DNA from: Macrostomum lignano
Taxonomy: Eukaryota
DNA: 64,000 bases
Reading direction: 5' to 3'
Assembly: GCA_002269645.1 (NCBI GenBank)
Contig: NIVC01000059.1
Location: 558,001-622,000, forward strand
Positions 24,355 through 39,856 of this stretch are shown here, piece by piece. The first letter of the stretch is position 1. Each line of letters starts with the position of its first letter. The notes below the pieces were generated by a model, which worked only from the letters and a program-made list of their open reading frames with translations, was not told the DNA's origin and ran no database searches. Position numbers and translations under genes: made by a program.

Positions 24355-27300
24355 ATGCGCCCTCTATCCACCATGATGCCCCCCTACACAGTGAACGAAT
24401 CCCTGATCAGGGACATCCAGTCCGACTCGGTCAGCCTGGTCAGCCAGCAGTTGGCTAAACGTCAATCAGTGGTTTATTATCTGCACGATTGCCAGCAGTC
24501 CAGGCTGGATCTTGGGCCGCTCAGCGGGTTTGTTAGGCCGCCTGTGACTCTGGTGCTGACTCCGCTGGGATTCGCTGTGCTGTTCGACAGTCTGCGGGTG
24601 GCTCGGTACCTGCTGGCTCAGACTGGCGCGTCTCCCGCTGATAGGGCCTACCTGGCTGATAGGCCCGCCGGAGCTAAGGTAAGGCGACACAGCTGCTCTC
24701 GCCTGCTTGCTGTTGGCTTTTATTATTGCTGCAGTTGCTTTGTGTATTATCTGTCTGGCGTGCCGCGACCCTCCGCTCCTTTCTTTTCCCTCTTCCTCTT
24801 CCCTCTCTCCCCCTTCTTCCTCCTCTTTCCCCCTCTTCTCACTCTTCCCCCTATTCCCCCTTCCCCTCCTCCCTCTTCCCCTCTTCCCCCTCTTCCCCCT
24901 TCTTCCTCCTCTTTCCCCCTCTTCTCACTCTTCCCCTCTTCCCCCTATTCCCCCTTCCCCTCCTCCCCTCTTCCCCCTCTTCCCCTCTTCCCCTTCTTCC
25001 TCTTTCCCCCTCTTCTCACTCTTCCCCTCTTCCCCCTATTCCCCCCTTCCCCCTCCTCCCCTCTTCCCCCTATTCCCCCTTCCCCCTCCTCCCCTCTTCC
25101 CCCTCTTCCCCCTCTTCCCCTCTTCCTCCTCTTTTCCCCTTCTCCCCCTCTTTCCCCTCTTCCCTCTCTACCCCTCTTCCTCCTCTTTTCCCCTCTTTCC
25201 TTATTCACCCTCTTCTCCCTCTCCCCCCTCTTCCCCCTTCTCCCCCTCTTTCCCCTCTTCCCTCTCTTCCCCTCTTCTTCCTCTTTTCCCCTCTTCCCTT
25301 ATTCACCCTCTTCTCCCTCTTCCCCCTCTTCCCCCTTTCCCCTCCTCCCCTCTTCCCCCTCTTCCCCCTCTTCCTCCTCTTTTCCCCTCTTCCCTTATTC
25401 ACCCTCTTCTCCCTCTCCCCCCTCTTCCCCCTTCTCCCCCTCTTTCCCCTCTTCCCTCTCTTCCCCTCTTCCTCCTCTTTTCCCCTCTTCCCTTATTCAC
25501 CCTCTTCTCCCTCTTCCCCTCTTCCCCTTTCCCCTCCTCCCCTCTTCCCCCTCTTCCCCCTCTTCCTCCTCTTTTCCCCTCTTCCCTTATTCACCCTCTT
25601 CTCCCTCTCCCCCCTCTTCCCCCTTCTCCCCCTCTTTCCCCTCTTCCCTCTCTTCCCCTCTTCCTCCTCTTTTCCCCTTTTCCCTTATTCACCCTCTTCT
25701 CCCTCTTCCCCCTCTTCCCCCCTTCCCCCTCCTCCCCTCTTCCCCCTCTTCCCCCTCTTCCTCCTCTTTTCCCCTCTTCCCCCTCCTCCCCCTCTTTCCC
25801 CTCTTCCCTCTCTTCCCCTCTTCCTCCTCTCCCATTGTTCATGTAACTACCCTGTAAGCGCCAAAACTGCTGCCTCATCTGTCACCGCTGTTATTAATTA
25901 TCCAATGACACCTGTAACCACAGAATACCTGTAACTGCAAATTCCCAGCAGGCTCGCGTTGTGGAACTTCCCACGGCTGGCCTGTCTTTACCTGGCCGGG
26001 ACATGTTCTCACTGCTAGCAGCCTACGGAGTCGATCCCAATGCTCATCTACCTCTGCGCCTGCGCTGCTGCGGCGCTGGCGGCCCAGCCGAAGAGCTTCT
26101 GCCCGGCTTCTGGCACCTGCTGTGGCGCTGCTGGAGTCCCATGCGCGACTGCGACGCCTTGATGCAAACCACCGATCTGCTGCTGCGGGCCGGCGTCGAT
26201 GCCAACTCCGGATTGGCTGGACTGCCCGTTATGCGGGAGGCCTTCTTCTTTGACGGCCACCAGTTTGAGGACAGGGCCACGGCGCTTAAGGTTTGGCCCA
26301 ATGGGCATCTGCGTAGCTTTTTTAGCTCAGATGTACACTCCGGCCTATTCCTCCTAATGTAGACCCCGGCCTAGCCCTCCTAATGTACACTCCGGCCTAT
26401 CCCTCCTAATGTACACCCCGGCCTAGCCCTCCTAATGTACACTCCGGCCTATCCCTCCTAATGTACACCCCGGCCTAGCCCTCCTAATGTACACCCCGGC
26501 CTAGCCCTCCTAATGTACACCCCGGCCTAGCCCTCCTAATGTACACCCCGGCCTATCCCTCCTAATGTGCACTCCGGCCTATCCCTCCTAATGTACACTC
26601 CGGCCTAGCCCTCCTAATGTACACCCCGGCCTATCCCTCCTAATGTACACCCCGGCCTAGCCCTCCTAATGTACACCCCGGCCTATCCCTCCTAATGTAC
26701 ACTCCGGCCTATCCCTCCTAATGTACACTTTGGCCTATCCCTCCTAGTGTACACCCCGGCCTATCCCTCCTAATGTACACCCCGGCCTATCCCTCCTAAT
26801 GTACACCCCGGCCTAGCCCTCCTAATGTACACTCCGGCCTATCCCTCCCAATGTACACTTTGGCCTATCCCTCCTAGTGTACACCCCGGCCTATCCCTCC
26901 TAATGTACACCCCGGCCTATCCCTCCTAATGTACACCCCGGCCTAGCCCTCCTAATGTACACTCCGGCCTATCCCTCCTAGTGTACACCTCGGCCTATCC
27001 CTCCTAATGTACACTCCGACCTATCCCTCCTAATGTACACCCCGGCCTATCCCTCCTAATGTACACCCCGATCTACCCCTCCTAATGTACACTCCGACCT
27101 ACCCCTCCTAATGTACACTCCGACCTACCCCTCCTAATGTACACTCCGGCCTATCCCTCCTAATGTACACTCCGACCTATCCCTCCTAATGTACACCCCG
27201 GCCTATCCCTCCTAATGTACACCCCGACCTACCCCTCCTAATGTACACTCCGACCTACCCCTCCAAATGTACACTCCGACCTACCCCTCCTAATGTACAC

Positions 27301-29014
27301 TCCGGCCTATCCCTCCTAATGTACACTCCGGCCTATCCCTCCTAGTGTACACCTCGGCCTATCCCTCCTAATGTACACCCCGGCCTAGCCCTCCTAATGT
27401 ACACCCCGGCCTAGCCCTCCTAATGTACACCCCGGCCTAGCCCTCCTAATGTGCACCCCGACCTAGCCCTCCTAATGTTCACTCCGGCCTATCCCTCCTA
27501 ATGTACACCCCGACCTACCCCTCCTAATGTACACTCCGACCTACCCCTCCTAATGTACACCCCGGCCTATCCTTAAAAATCATTCTAACAGATCTGCAGA
27601 CACCCTGGCACAATTCCTTCGACGATATTGTCCCACACACCGCTGAGACAATTCTTCCCATTCCGTTGACTCTTGACTTGAGCACATTACCAGCCAATAC
27701 TGTACGCAGGCACACACTCACACAGGGTGTACAGTGGCCCTTACTTTCTAATTGTCAGTGATGTACACTCTGTGCCTTGGTGGTTGACCCTCATGCTGGG
27801 AATCGCACGACCACAAATTTTTGTTCCTGCGTACAGAATCGAAAGAAAGTCGCGCCCTAGTGCATCTAATTACACCCTATGTGCACCCAATGTACACCCT
27901 ATGTGCATCTAATGTACACCCTATGTGCATCCAATGTACACCCTATGTGCATCCAATGTACACCCTAGTACATCCAATGTACACCCTACGTGCACCCAAT
28001 CTACACCCTATGTGCATCCAATGTACACCCTATGTGCATCCAATGTACACCCTATGTGCACCCATTGTACACCCTATGTGTACCCAATGTACACCCTATG
28101 TGCATCCAATGTATACCCTATGTGCATCCAATGTACACCCTATGTGCATCCAATGTATACCCTATGTGCATCCAATGTACACCCTATGTGCATCCAATGT
28201 ATACCCTATGTGCATCCAATGTATACCCTATGTGCATCCAATGTACACCCAATGTACACCCTATGTGCATCCAATGTACACCCTATGTGCATCCAATGTA
28301 TACCCTATGTGCATCCAATGTACACCCTATGTGCATCCAATGTACACCCTATGTGCATCCAATGTACACCTTACGTCACGTGCACCCAATCTACACGCAA
28401 TGTAAATTTCAAGTTCACCCAAACGTACACCGCAGGCGGCCCGCTACCTTCGCCTGCTACTCCTTGCCGGCTGTCGTCCCGACCGACTCGGTCGGCCATC
28501 CGACATCGCCGGAGTCCTTCTAGCCGTCTGGCGGTCGCTTCGTCGACCAACCGCTGCCGAAGCTGCCACCGCGGCTGCCGCCGCCGCCGCCGCTTCCGGC
28601 GGCAATCCGAAGCAGCCGACAGCGGCGTCCACTCTGGCCAATCCTATTGACGAAGAAGCCGAGTCGGTCTGCTTCAGCCTGACCGACTGCCTCATGAGCT
28701 GCTGGCCAAGTCTGGCCGCTCGTCTGCTTTTGCCGCATCATCAGCAGCAATACCAGCTGCACCACCTGCTGCCGCGCGACCTGTCCTATCGGCACTCGTG
28801 TCGCCGGCCGCCAAGCCTTCGCGTCGCTGCCGCTTTGGCTGTCCGATCCGGCCTGGGCGGTCGGCATTTCCTTCGCCGTCTGTGCTGCCTGCCAACGGCC
28901 AGCTTGGATCGCAACCTGAGACTGTTGATCCGCTGGCCCACCGCTCCGGCGCCAAAGTTGACTAAGTCCGCTGCATTGTCCAACTCCGATAGAGTTAATG
29001 GCGATCGCGCCTAG
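24355..29014 (+). CDS. Ankyrin-like repeat and SOCS-box protein (ASB-like E3 adaptor), 3-exon model, ~414 aa
   Basis: Exons 24355-24678 (donor GTAAGG), 25949/25952-26290 and 28436-29014, all phase 0. Ankyrin-like segments TPLGFAVLFDSLRVARYLLAQTGASP, LLAAYGVDPN and LLLRAGVDAN. C-terminal SOCS-box-like PPSLRVAAALAVRSGLG...LCCLP...NLRLLI. The exon 2 donor and a possible extra exon near 27600 are uncertain. Confidence 0.68.
24780..25835. repeat. Polypyrimidine low-complexity tract (C/T) in SOCS-box gene intron 1
   Basis: Over 1 kb almost exclusively C and T, with internal higher-order duplications. Confidence 0.92.
26340..27575. repeat. 26-bp minisatellite (CCCTCCTAATGTACACCCCGGCCTAT)
   Basis: Tandem copies in SOCS-box gene intron 2. 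Confidence 0.92.
27693..27815 (-). mobile_element. Copy B of the dispersed SINE-like hairpin repeat
   Basis: CACACACTCACACAGG-GTGTACAG-GGCCCTTA...ATGTACACT...TGTGCCT...GGTTG(A/G)CCCTCA(T/A)GCTGGG...GCACGA is shared with 56098-56204. Confidence 0.65.
27880..28400. repeat. 24-bp minisatellite (CATCCAATGTACACCCTATGTG core)
   Basis: Tandem copies in SOCS-box gene intron 2. Confidence 0.9.
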
Positions 29015-29209
29015 ATGTTGGTTTGATACGACACACTTTTCATATTTTGGTTTGTATTGTTATTTTCTATTTTGCATTTATTTTTATTTTCATTGGGAAA
29101 CGAAGCATTTTTTCATTCTAAGAAAGCATATTTTTCTACTTTGTAAACTAATTGTCCAAGATATTGGAATTCTCCCAAAACTGTCAAAAACCTGTCAATG
29201 TACTTTCAG

Positions 29210-29550
29210 ACCCAACCTTAATCTTCTAATGTATTTTTAGACCCAGCCTAAATCCACCAATGTACTTTTAGACCCAACCTTAACCTACTAGTGTACTTTC
29301 ATACCTAACCTAAATCCATCAATGTACTTTTAAACCCAAACTTTATCTACTAATGTACTTTAAGACGCAACCTTGATCCATCAATGTACTTTTAAACCCA
29401 ACCTAAATCCACCAGTGTACTTTTAGACCCAACCTAAATCCACCAATGTACTTTTAGAGACTCAACCTTAATCTACTAATGTACTTTCATACCCAACCTA
29501 AATCCACCAATGAACTTTTTGACCCAACCTTCATCTACTAAGGTACTTAA
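29210..29550. repeat. Degenerate ~33-bp tandem repeat (ACCCAACCTAAATCCACCAATGTACTTTTAG) downstream of the SOCS-box gene
   Basis: About 10 diverged copies. Confidence 0.75.
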
Positions 29551-29861
29551 ATCCCAGATATTATTCTCAGATCTCAGATATTAAAGATAATTTTAGTTGA
29601 TGTTTTTTATATTTTAGATTGAAAGATTTTCGCTCTGATTGACTTTTTTAGCTGCTGATAATAGTAAATATTGATGATGAAGTTTTTAAGGGAAACTTTG
29701 TCTTCTTATAAATTAATGAAGTGCGATGTGCTGCTTTCATTTTATGCTGCACAACATCTGACAGAGAGGAGTATTAGTAGTACAGTTCGCTAAACTGAGC
29801 GTCTAGCATGTTTGTCACCGTGTTGTTAAGGTTATTAATTAATATCATTAACTTATTAATA

Positions 29862-30278
29862 TAGTATTTGTCATGCTATCTCAGCCTGGAGACATCCAAA
29901 CTCAGCCAGTCCCATTCCGCAATGCGTTTTTTTGGCTCGAGCTAGTCGACTTTTACCATAGACATGCTTCTTGAGGCCATGCTAACTCAGCCTGGGACAT
30001 GCAATCTCAGCCAATAGATTTCAATTGCAAACAGATCTCAATGCTATCATTTCTGTAACGTGACATGAAATGGCAACAAACAGCAATGAATGAACGCAGC
30101 AAGAAAAGTCAGTAAGGGTACGCAACAACGCTGAGATTGCATGTCCCAGGCTGAGATGGCATGGCCTTGAGAGGCATGTCTATGGTAAAACTTGACTGGC
30201 TTACGTAAAAAATCGCACTGTCGAGATGGGCTGGCTGAGTTTGGATGTCTCTGGGCTGGGATGGCATGACAAATACTA
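29862..30278. mobile_element. MITE, ~417 bp, with ~150-bp imperfect terminal inverted repeats, flanked by TA
   Basis: TA|TAGTATTTGTCATGCTATCTCAGCC...GCAATCTCAG (29862-30010) mirrors CTGAGATTGC...GGCATGACAAATACTA|TA (30131-30278). Confidence 0.82.
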
Positions 30279-30686
30279 TAATAGCTTAACACTGAGCAGT
30301 ATTTTTTACTTGCGCCTCTCTGCTAACTTCGCTGAATTGAGCGCATAAACTAAAATAGATATTCATTATGTGCACGAGTGAATGCAATTGAGTACATGGC
30401 TATTTAATGTGTTCCTTGTTTATTTTCTATTTTTGTCATTTCTAAATTTAACAGGCAGTTAGCATGGATAGCTGTATCTTTTAACTATCTCTAGCTTAAA
30501 ATTGAACCTAAGCAAAATTCTACTTTCGGGTATTTAAAATCAGCAGTAATAAATTTATGATAGTAAATAGAAAATATATAAATAAAAAATATCCATGTAC
30601 AATAAAGTAAAATGTACTTTTAGATACTCCTACACAAAAGTACAAATCAACCTTGGACGCACAAAAGTACAAATCCATATTTTCAG

Positions 30687-31078
30687 TCTGCTTCGGCCAA
30701 CTCAGTCGGTTTGCTAATCTGCTTCAGCCTGACGACCTTCGCCGTCTTGGCCTCGGTTGATCAGCCCTACTGCACCTTTTTTGGCAACAGGGCTCCGGCT
30801 CCGCAGCCTACGCTGCACAACTGCACCTGGTATCGCCAGCACAGCTGCTGCCGCGGCGAGGAGATCAACATCACCTTTGCCAGCGTGCGGCCTCTGCAGG
30901 GCGCCTCGCGTAGCTGCCTTCGCTATTTCAACTCGCTGATGTGCTACATCTGCAGCCCCTCGCAGTGGGTGTTCTACAGGGGCGAGTCTCTCACCGTCTG
31001 CAGAGACTTCTGCGACAAGTGGTATCAGGCCTGCGGCAGCGCCTTTATCAAGGTGTGTTGTTTGGCACTGTCTGTCTC

Positions 31079-31115
<37 letters not shown>

Positions 31116-31130
31116 GTCTGTCTGCCTGTC

Positions 31131-31219
<89 letters not shown>

Positions 31220-31220
31220 G

Positions 31221-31293
<73 letters not shown>

Positions 31294-31310
31294 GTGTCTG
31301 TCTGTCTTAG

Positions 31311-31349
<39 letters not shown>

Positions 31350-31397
31350 GTGTCTGTCTGTCTGTCTTAGTGTCTGTCTGTCTTAGTGTCTGTCGAC

Positions 31398-31475
<78 letters not shown>

Positions 31476-31543
31476 CGTGTCTGCCTGTGTGTGTGTGCGT
31501 GTCTGTCTGTCTGTCTGTCTGTCTGTCTGCGTGTCTGTCTGTC

Positions 31544-31574
<31 letters not shown>

Positions 31575-31857
31575 TACTGTCTGTCTTACTGTCTGTCTGT
31601 CTGTCTGTCGACTATCCCTAGATCCCCTGCAAAGCTCCGATCCCACTCTCACCCAGGGCCAAACCGTGGCCTCGCTATTCGAGAACGGCTACAAGCTGTG
31701 CGACAGCCGCCAGTTCAAGGTGTCCACCGGCAAAGACGACTGTTTCCGCTACGTTGCCGAGGAAGGCGAAGTGTTCGCCGAAGCGTCCGGGCCACCGAGG
31801 CCTCCCGCTGTGGCCCTGGCGGCTGCTTGCGTGGCAGCACTGCTAATTTATCCTTAG
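30687..31857 (+). CDS. Folate-receptor / riboflavin-binding-protein family, signal peptide and GPI-like tail, 2 identified exons; start codon not resolved
   Basis: Exon 30687-31052 follows acceptor TTTTCAG and has the Cys pattern YC...NCTWY...SCC...C...LMCYICSP...[13 protein letters not shown]; donor GTGTGT. Exon 31657-31857 carries LC...DCF and a hydrophobic C-terminal tail. There is no in-frame ATG before the signal peptide within the exon. Confidence 0.82.
31070..31610. repeat. (CTGT)n microsatellite intron
   Basis: Direct observation. Confidence 0.95.
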
Positions 31858-31974
31858 CTTTCTATTATAAAGACTTGCTGAGTTTATTTCTAAATTGTCA
31901 TTTTTATACGCTGATATAAATCTGCATACCATTCACGTCTGATATTTCAGTGTGTCAGCTCGGGTTTTATTATT

Positions 31975-32705
31975 AGTGATATTTTGAGTGACACATCGAG
32001 TGACATTTTTAAGTGATACATTGAGTGACACATTGAGTGACATTTTGAGTGACACATTGAGTGACATTTTGAGTGACACATCGAGTGACATTTTGAGTGA
32101 CACACTGGGTGACATTTTGAGTGACACATTGAGTCAGTGACATTTTGAGGGACACATTGAGTCAGTGACATTTTGAGGGACACATTGAGTGCCATTTTGA
32201 GTGACATTTAGATTGACACTTTAAGTGAAATTTTGAGTAACACACTGAGGGTCATTTAGAGTTTCATTTAGAGTGACATTTTGAGTGACACATTGAGTCA
32301 GTGACATTTTTAGTGACACACTGAGTGACATTTTGAGTGACACATTAAGTGACATTTTAAGTGACACATTGAGTGACATTTTGATTGACACATTGAGTGA
32401 CATTTTGAGTGACACATTGAGTGACATTTTGAGTGACACATTGAGTGACATTTTGAGTGACACATTGAGGGACATTTTGAGTGACACATTGAGTGACATT
32501 TTGAGTGACACATTGAGGGACATTTTGAGTGACACATTGAGGGACATTTTGAGTGACACATTGAGTGCCATTTTGAGTGACACATTGAGTGACATTTTGA
32601 GTGACACATTGAGTGACATTTTGAGTGACACATTGAGGGACATTTTGAGTGACACATTGAGTGACATTTTGAGTGACACATTGGGTGACATTTTAAGTGA
32701 CACGG
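31975..32705. repeat. 24-bp minisatellite (GAGTGACATTTTGAGTGACACATT)
   Basis: Tandem copies between the folate-receptor-like gene and ITFG2. Confidence 0.92.
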
Positions 32706-33247
32706 AATCTAACTTTTCAATTGTGATATCTTAAACGTTTTGTGAATAACAAAAATTCATTTTCATGAAAGATTTTTCTGCTAATCTAATCAATTGGCAT
32801 TTTACGTCACATTCAATGAAACTAACTACTTATTTAGTAGTAGAAGTAGAACAATTATTTACAAAAGCTTTGTACACCCTAAATGAACTAGTCAAGCTGC
32901 CTCTTTTGCAACGAGTTTTTTTTATAAATAATACACAGTTTGTGCAAATCTTTATCAGCTATTCATTCCTACGTATAAAATTATATATTAGTTATTAATC
33001 GTTCATAATTTATTACTTCTTAATTGTTTTTTAATGCAAACGCGGTAGTTTTTTTACACCAGTACAAGTACATAGAGGCAAAAACTCGAATCCACGAGCT
33101 AATTACACCCTTTAAAAAACATCCATACTTCTTTAAGTCTTGAGATGCTTTGATTATTTTTGCCGATATGTTGTGTAGTAAACTTAACAAAGCCATTTTT
33201 GTATTATTAATTGTACCTATTGTAAATTGTAGATTACTTTATTATTT

Positions 33248-37017
<3,770 letters not shown>

Positions 37018-37079
37018 AAGGTCGTGATTCGAGATTGAACTAGAATAATTATTGGATCTACTAGTCAGTATATCCCCAT

Positions 37080-38355
37080 GGAACATCAAAATATCCCAAT
37101 ATAATTGGCTACTCCCAAAATATCCCTAATTGGGGATAATTAGCTACTCTCAAAATATCCCTAATTGGGGATAATAAGCTACTCTCAAAATATCCCTAAT
37201 TGGGGATAATTGGCTACTCTCAAAATATCCCTAATGGGGATAATTAGCTACTCTCAAAATATCCCTAATGGGGATAATTAGCTACTCTCAAAATATCCCT
37301 AATGGATATTCCCTAATCCCTAATTGGCTACTCTCAAAATATCCCTAATTGGGTAATTGGCTACTCTCAAAATATCCCTATTGGGGTAATTAGCTACTCT
37401 CAAAATATCCCTAATTGGGGATAATAAGCTACTCTCAAAATATCCCTAATGGGGATAATTAGCTACTCTCAAAATATCCCTAATGGGGATAATTAGCTAC
37501 TCTCAAAATATCCCTAATGGATATTCCCTAATCCCTAATTGGCTACTCTCAAAATATCCCTAATTGGGTAATTGGCTACTCTCTAAATATCCCTAATGGG
37601 GTAATTAGCTACTCTCAAAATATCCCTAATTGGGGATAATAAGCTACTCTCAAAATATCCCTAATTGGGGATAATAGGCTACTCTCAAAATATCCCTAAT
37701 TGGGGATAATAAGCTACTCTCAAAATATCCCTAATTGGGGATAATAAGCTACTCTCAAAATATCCCTAATGGGGATAATTAGCTACTCTCAAAATATCCC
37801 TAATGGATATTCCCTAATCCCTAATTGGCTACTCTCAAAATATCCCTAATTGGGTAATTGGCTACTCTCAAAATATCCCTAATGGGGTAATTAGCTACTC
37901 TCAAAATATCCCTAATGGGGATAATTAGCTACTCTCAAAATATCCCTAATGGATATTCCCTAATCCCTAATTGGCTACTCTCAAAATATCCCTAATTGGG
38001 ATAATTGGCTACTCTCAAAATATCCCTAATGGGGATAATTAGCTACTCTCAAAATATCCCTAATTGGGGATAATAAGCTACTCTCAAAATATCCCTAATT
38101 GGGGATAATAAGCTACTCTCAAAATATCCCTAATTGGGGATAATAAGCTACTCTCAAAATATCCCTAATTGGGGATAATAAGCTACTCTCAAAATATCCC
38201 TAATTGGGGATAATAAGCTACTCTCAAAATATCCCTAATTGGGGATAATAAGCTACTCTCAAAATATCCCTAATGGGGATAATTGGCTACTCTCAAAATA
38301 TCCCTAATGGGATAACTGGCTACTCTCAAAATATCCCTAATAGGGATAGTTAGCT
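37080..38355. repeat. ~35-bp minisatellite (GCTACTCTCAAAATATCCCTAATTGGGGATAATAA) between ITFG2 and USP
   Basis: Tandem copies; the unit contains the hairpin ATCCC-TAATTG-GGGAT. Confidence 0.92.
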
Positions 38356-38643
38356 AATTGTTTCGGATTGATCAAATATAAATCAAGTTAGCTCATTATC
38401 TCTGTACTATATTATTTTCCCTAAATTAGTCCGTGCAGAAGTTGCATTTCAATAATTAAAATGTACTTTAACAGAGTTATGTAAATAAATTTATTACACC
38501 TAATTTAATTTCGTTGGTCTTGCGTCATTTTTTAAATAAATTTTTCGATACATATCGGCAAGTTTTTAGTTGATAGCAAATAAGGCAACCGGTGTTATGA
38601 TTCAATTGTTTCTTGTTTCCAGCGTTAAGGGTAATAAAACGAA

Positions 38644-39493
38644 ATGGGCGGTTACCATAGCAACCAACGCTGGGCTTCAACCGTTGCCGCCGCCTCCGAA
38701 CCCGGCGCTGGGGCCGACATTCCGCGCCCGGAACGGCGCGTTCTCATCGCCGTTGACGGCTCGAAAGGCGCGCAGCGCGCCTTCGACTACTGGAGCAGCA
38801 TACCGGGCAGCCAGAGCGACAGCATCATCCTGCTGCACTCCGTGGAGGCACCCAATGTGCTCACGGGACTGCTGCTGTCCCCGTCTGGGTACGGGACTGA
38901 CTGACTGACTGACTGACTGACTGACTGACTGACTGACTGACTGACTGACTGACTGACTGACTGACTGACTGACTGACTGACTGACTGACTGACTGACTGA
39001 CTGACTGACTGACTGACTGACTGACTGACTGACTGACTGACTGACTGACTGACTGACTGACTGACTGACTGACTGACTGACTGACTGACTGACTGACTGA
39101 CTGACTGACTGACTGACTGACTGACTGACTGACTGACTGACTGACTGACTGACTGACTGACTGACTGACTGACTGACTGACTGACTGACTGACTGACTGA
39201 CTGACTGACTGACTGACTGACTGACTGACTGACTGACTGACTGACTGACTGACTGACTGACTGACTGATAAAAAACGACATACAGACAGACAGACAGGCA
39301 AGCAGACCGACACACAGACAGGCAAGCAGACAGACAGACAGACACACAGACAGGCAAGCAGACAGACAGACAGACACACAGACAGGCAAGCAGACAGACA
39401 GACACAGACAGACACACAGACAGGCAAGCAGACAGAGAGAAAGACACGCAGACAGACAGACACACACACACACACAGACAGACAGACAGACAC

Positions 39494-39524
<31 letters not shown>

Positions 39525-39856
39525 TCTAAAAGCCGCCCTACTCCGCCGCCGCCCACAGCACATTCGACTACGAAGAATATGAGAAGCAGGGCCGCCAGCT
39601 CAAGCAGCGCTCGCAGCAGCTCAGCCAAGAGCTGATGGCCCAGTGCGAGAAGCGCCGCCTTCACTGCAAGTTCGTGTCCGAAGCCGGTACCCCGGGCGCT
39701 ACTATCGTTGAAGCCGCTCGCAAATACGCCGCCAACGTTGTTGTGGTCGGTTGCCGTGGTAACAACGGCATCAGGCGGACCATATTGGGTTCGGTCAGCG
39801 ACTACGTGCTGCAGCACTCCTGCCGGCCTGTTGTGGTCGTGCCCGAGATTAATTAA
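38644..39856 (+). CDS. Universal stress protein (UspA domain), 2 exons, ~180 aa
   Basis: Exon 38644-38888 (VLIAVDGS...AF...IILLHSVE), phase-2 intron, exon 39559-39856 ([10 protein letters not shown]...[35 protein letters not shown], the G-2x-G-9x-GS ATP-binding motif). Confidence 0.93.
38895..39525. repeat. Compound microsatellite: pure (GACT)~93 then degenerate (CAGA)n, USP intron
   Basis: Direct observation. Confidence 0.95.

Noticed and set aside
24355-25934. 400-500-aa Pro/Leu/Ser/Phe-rich ORFs
   Set aside because: Read-through into the polypyrimidine intron; a strong GTAAGG donor at 24679 ends the real exon.
27592-27701. Possible extra exon of the SOCS-box gene after TTCTAACAG / CTGCAG
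   Set aside because: Two frames hit stops, and the only phase-compatible donor lies inside the SINE-like copy. Direct joining of 26290 to 28436 reads naturally. Left unresolved, not annotated.
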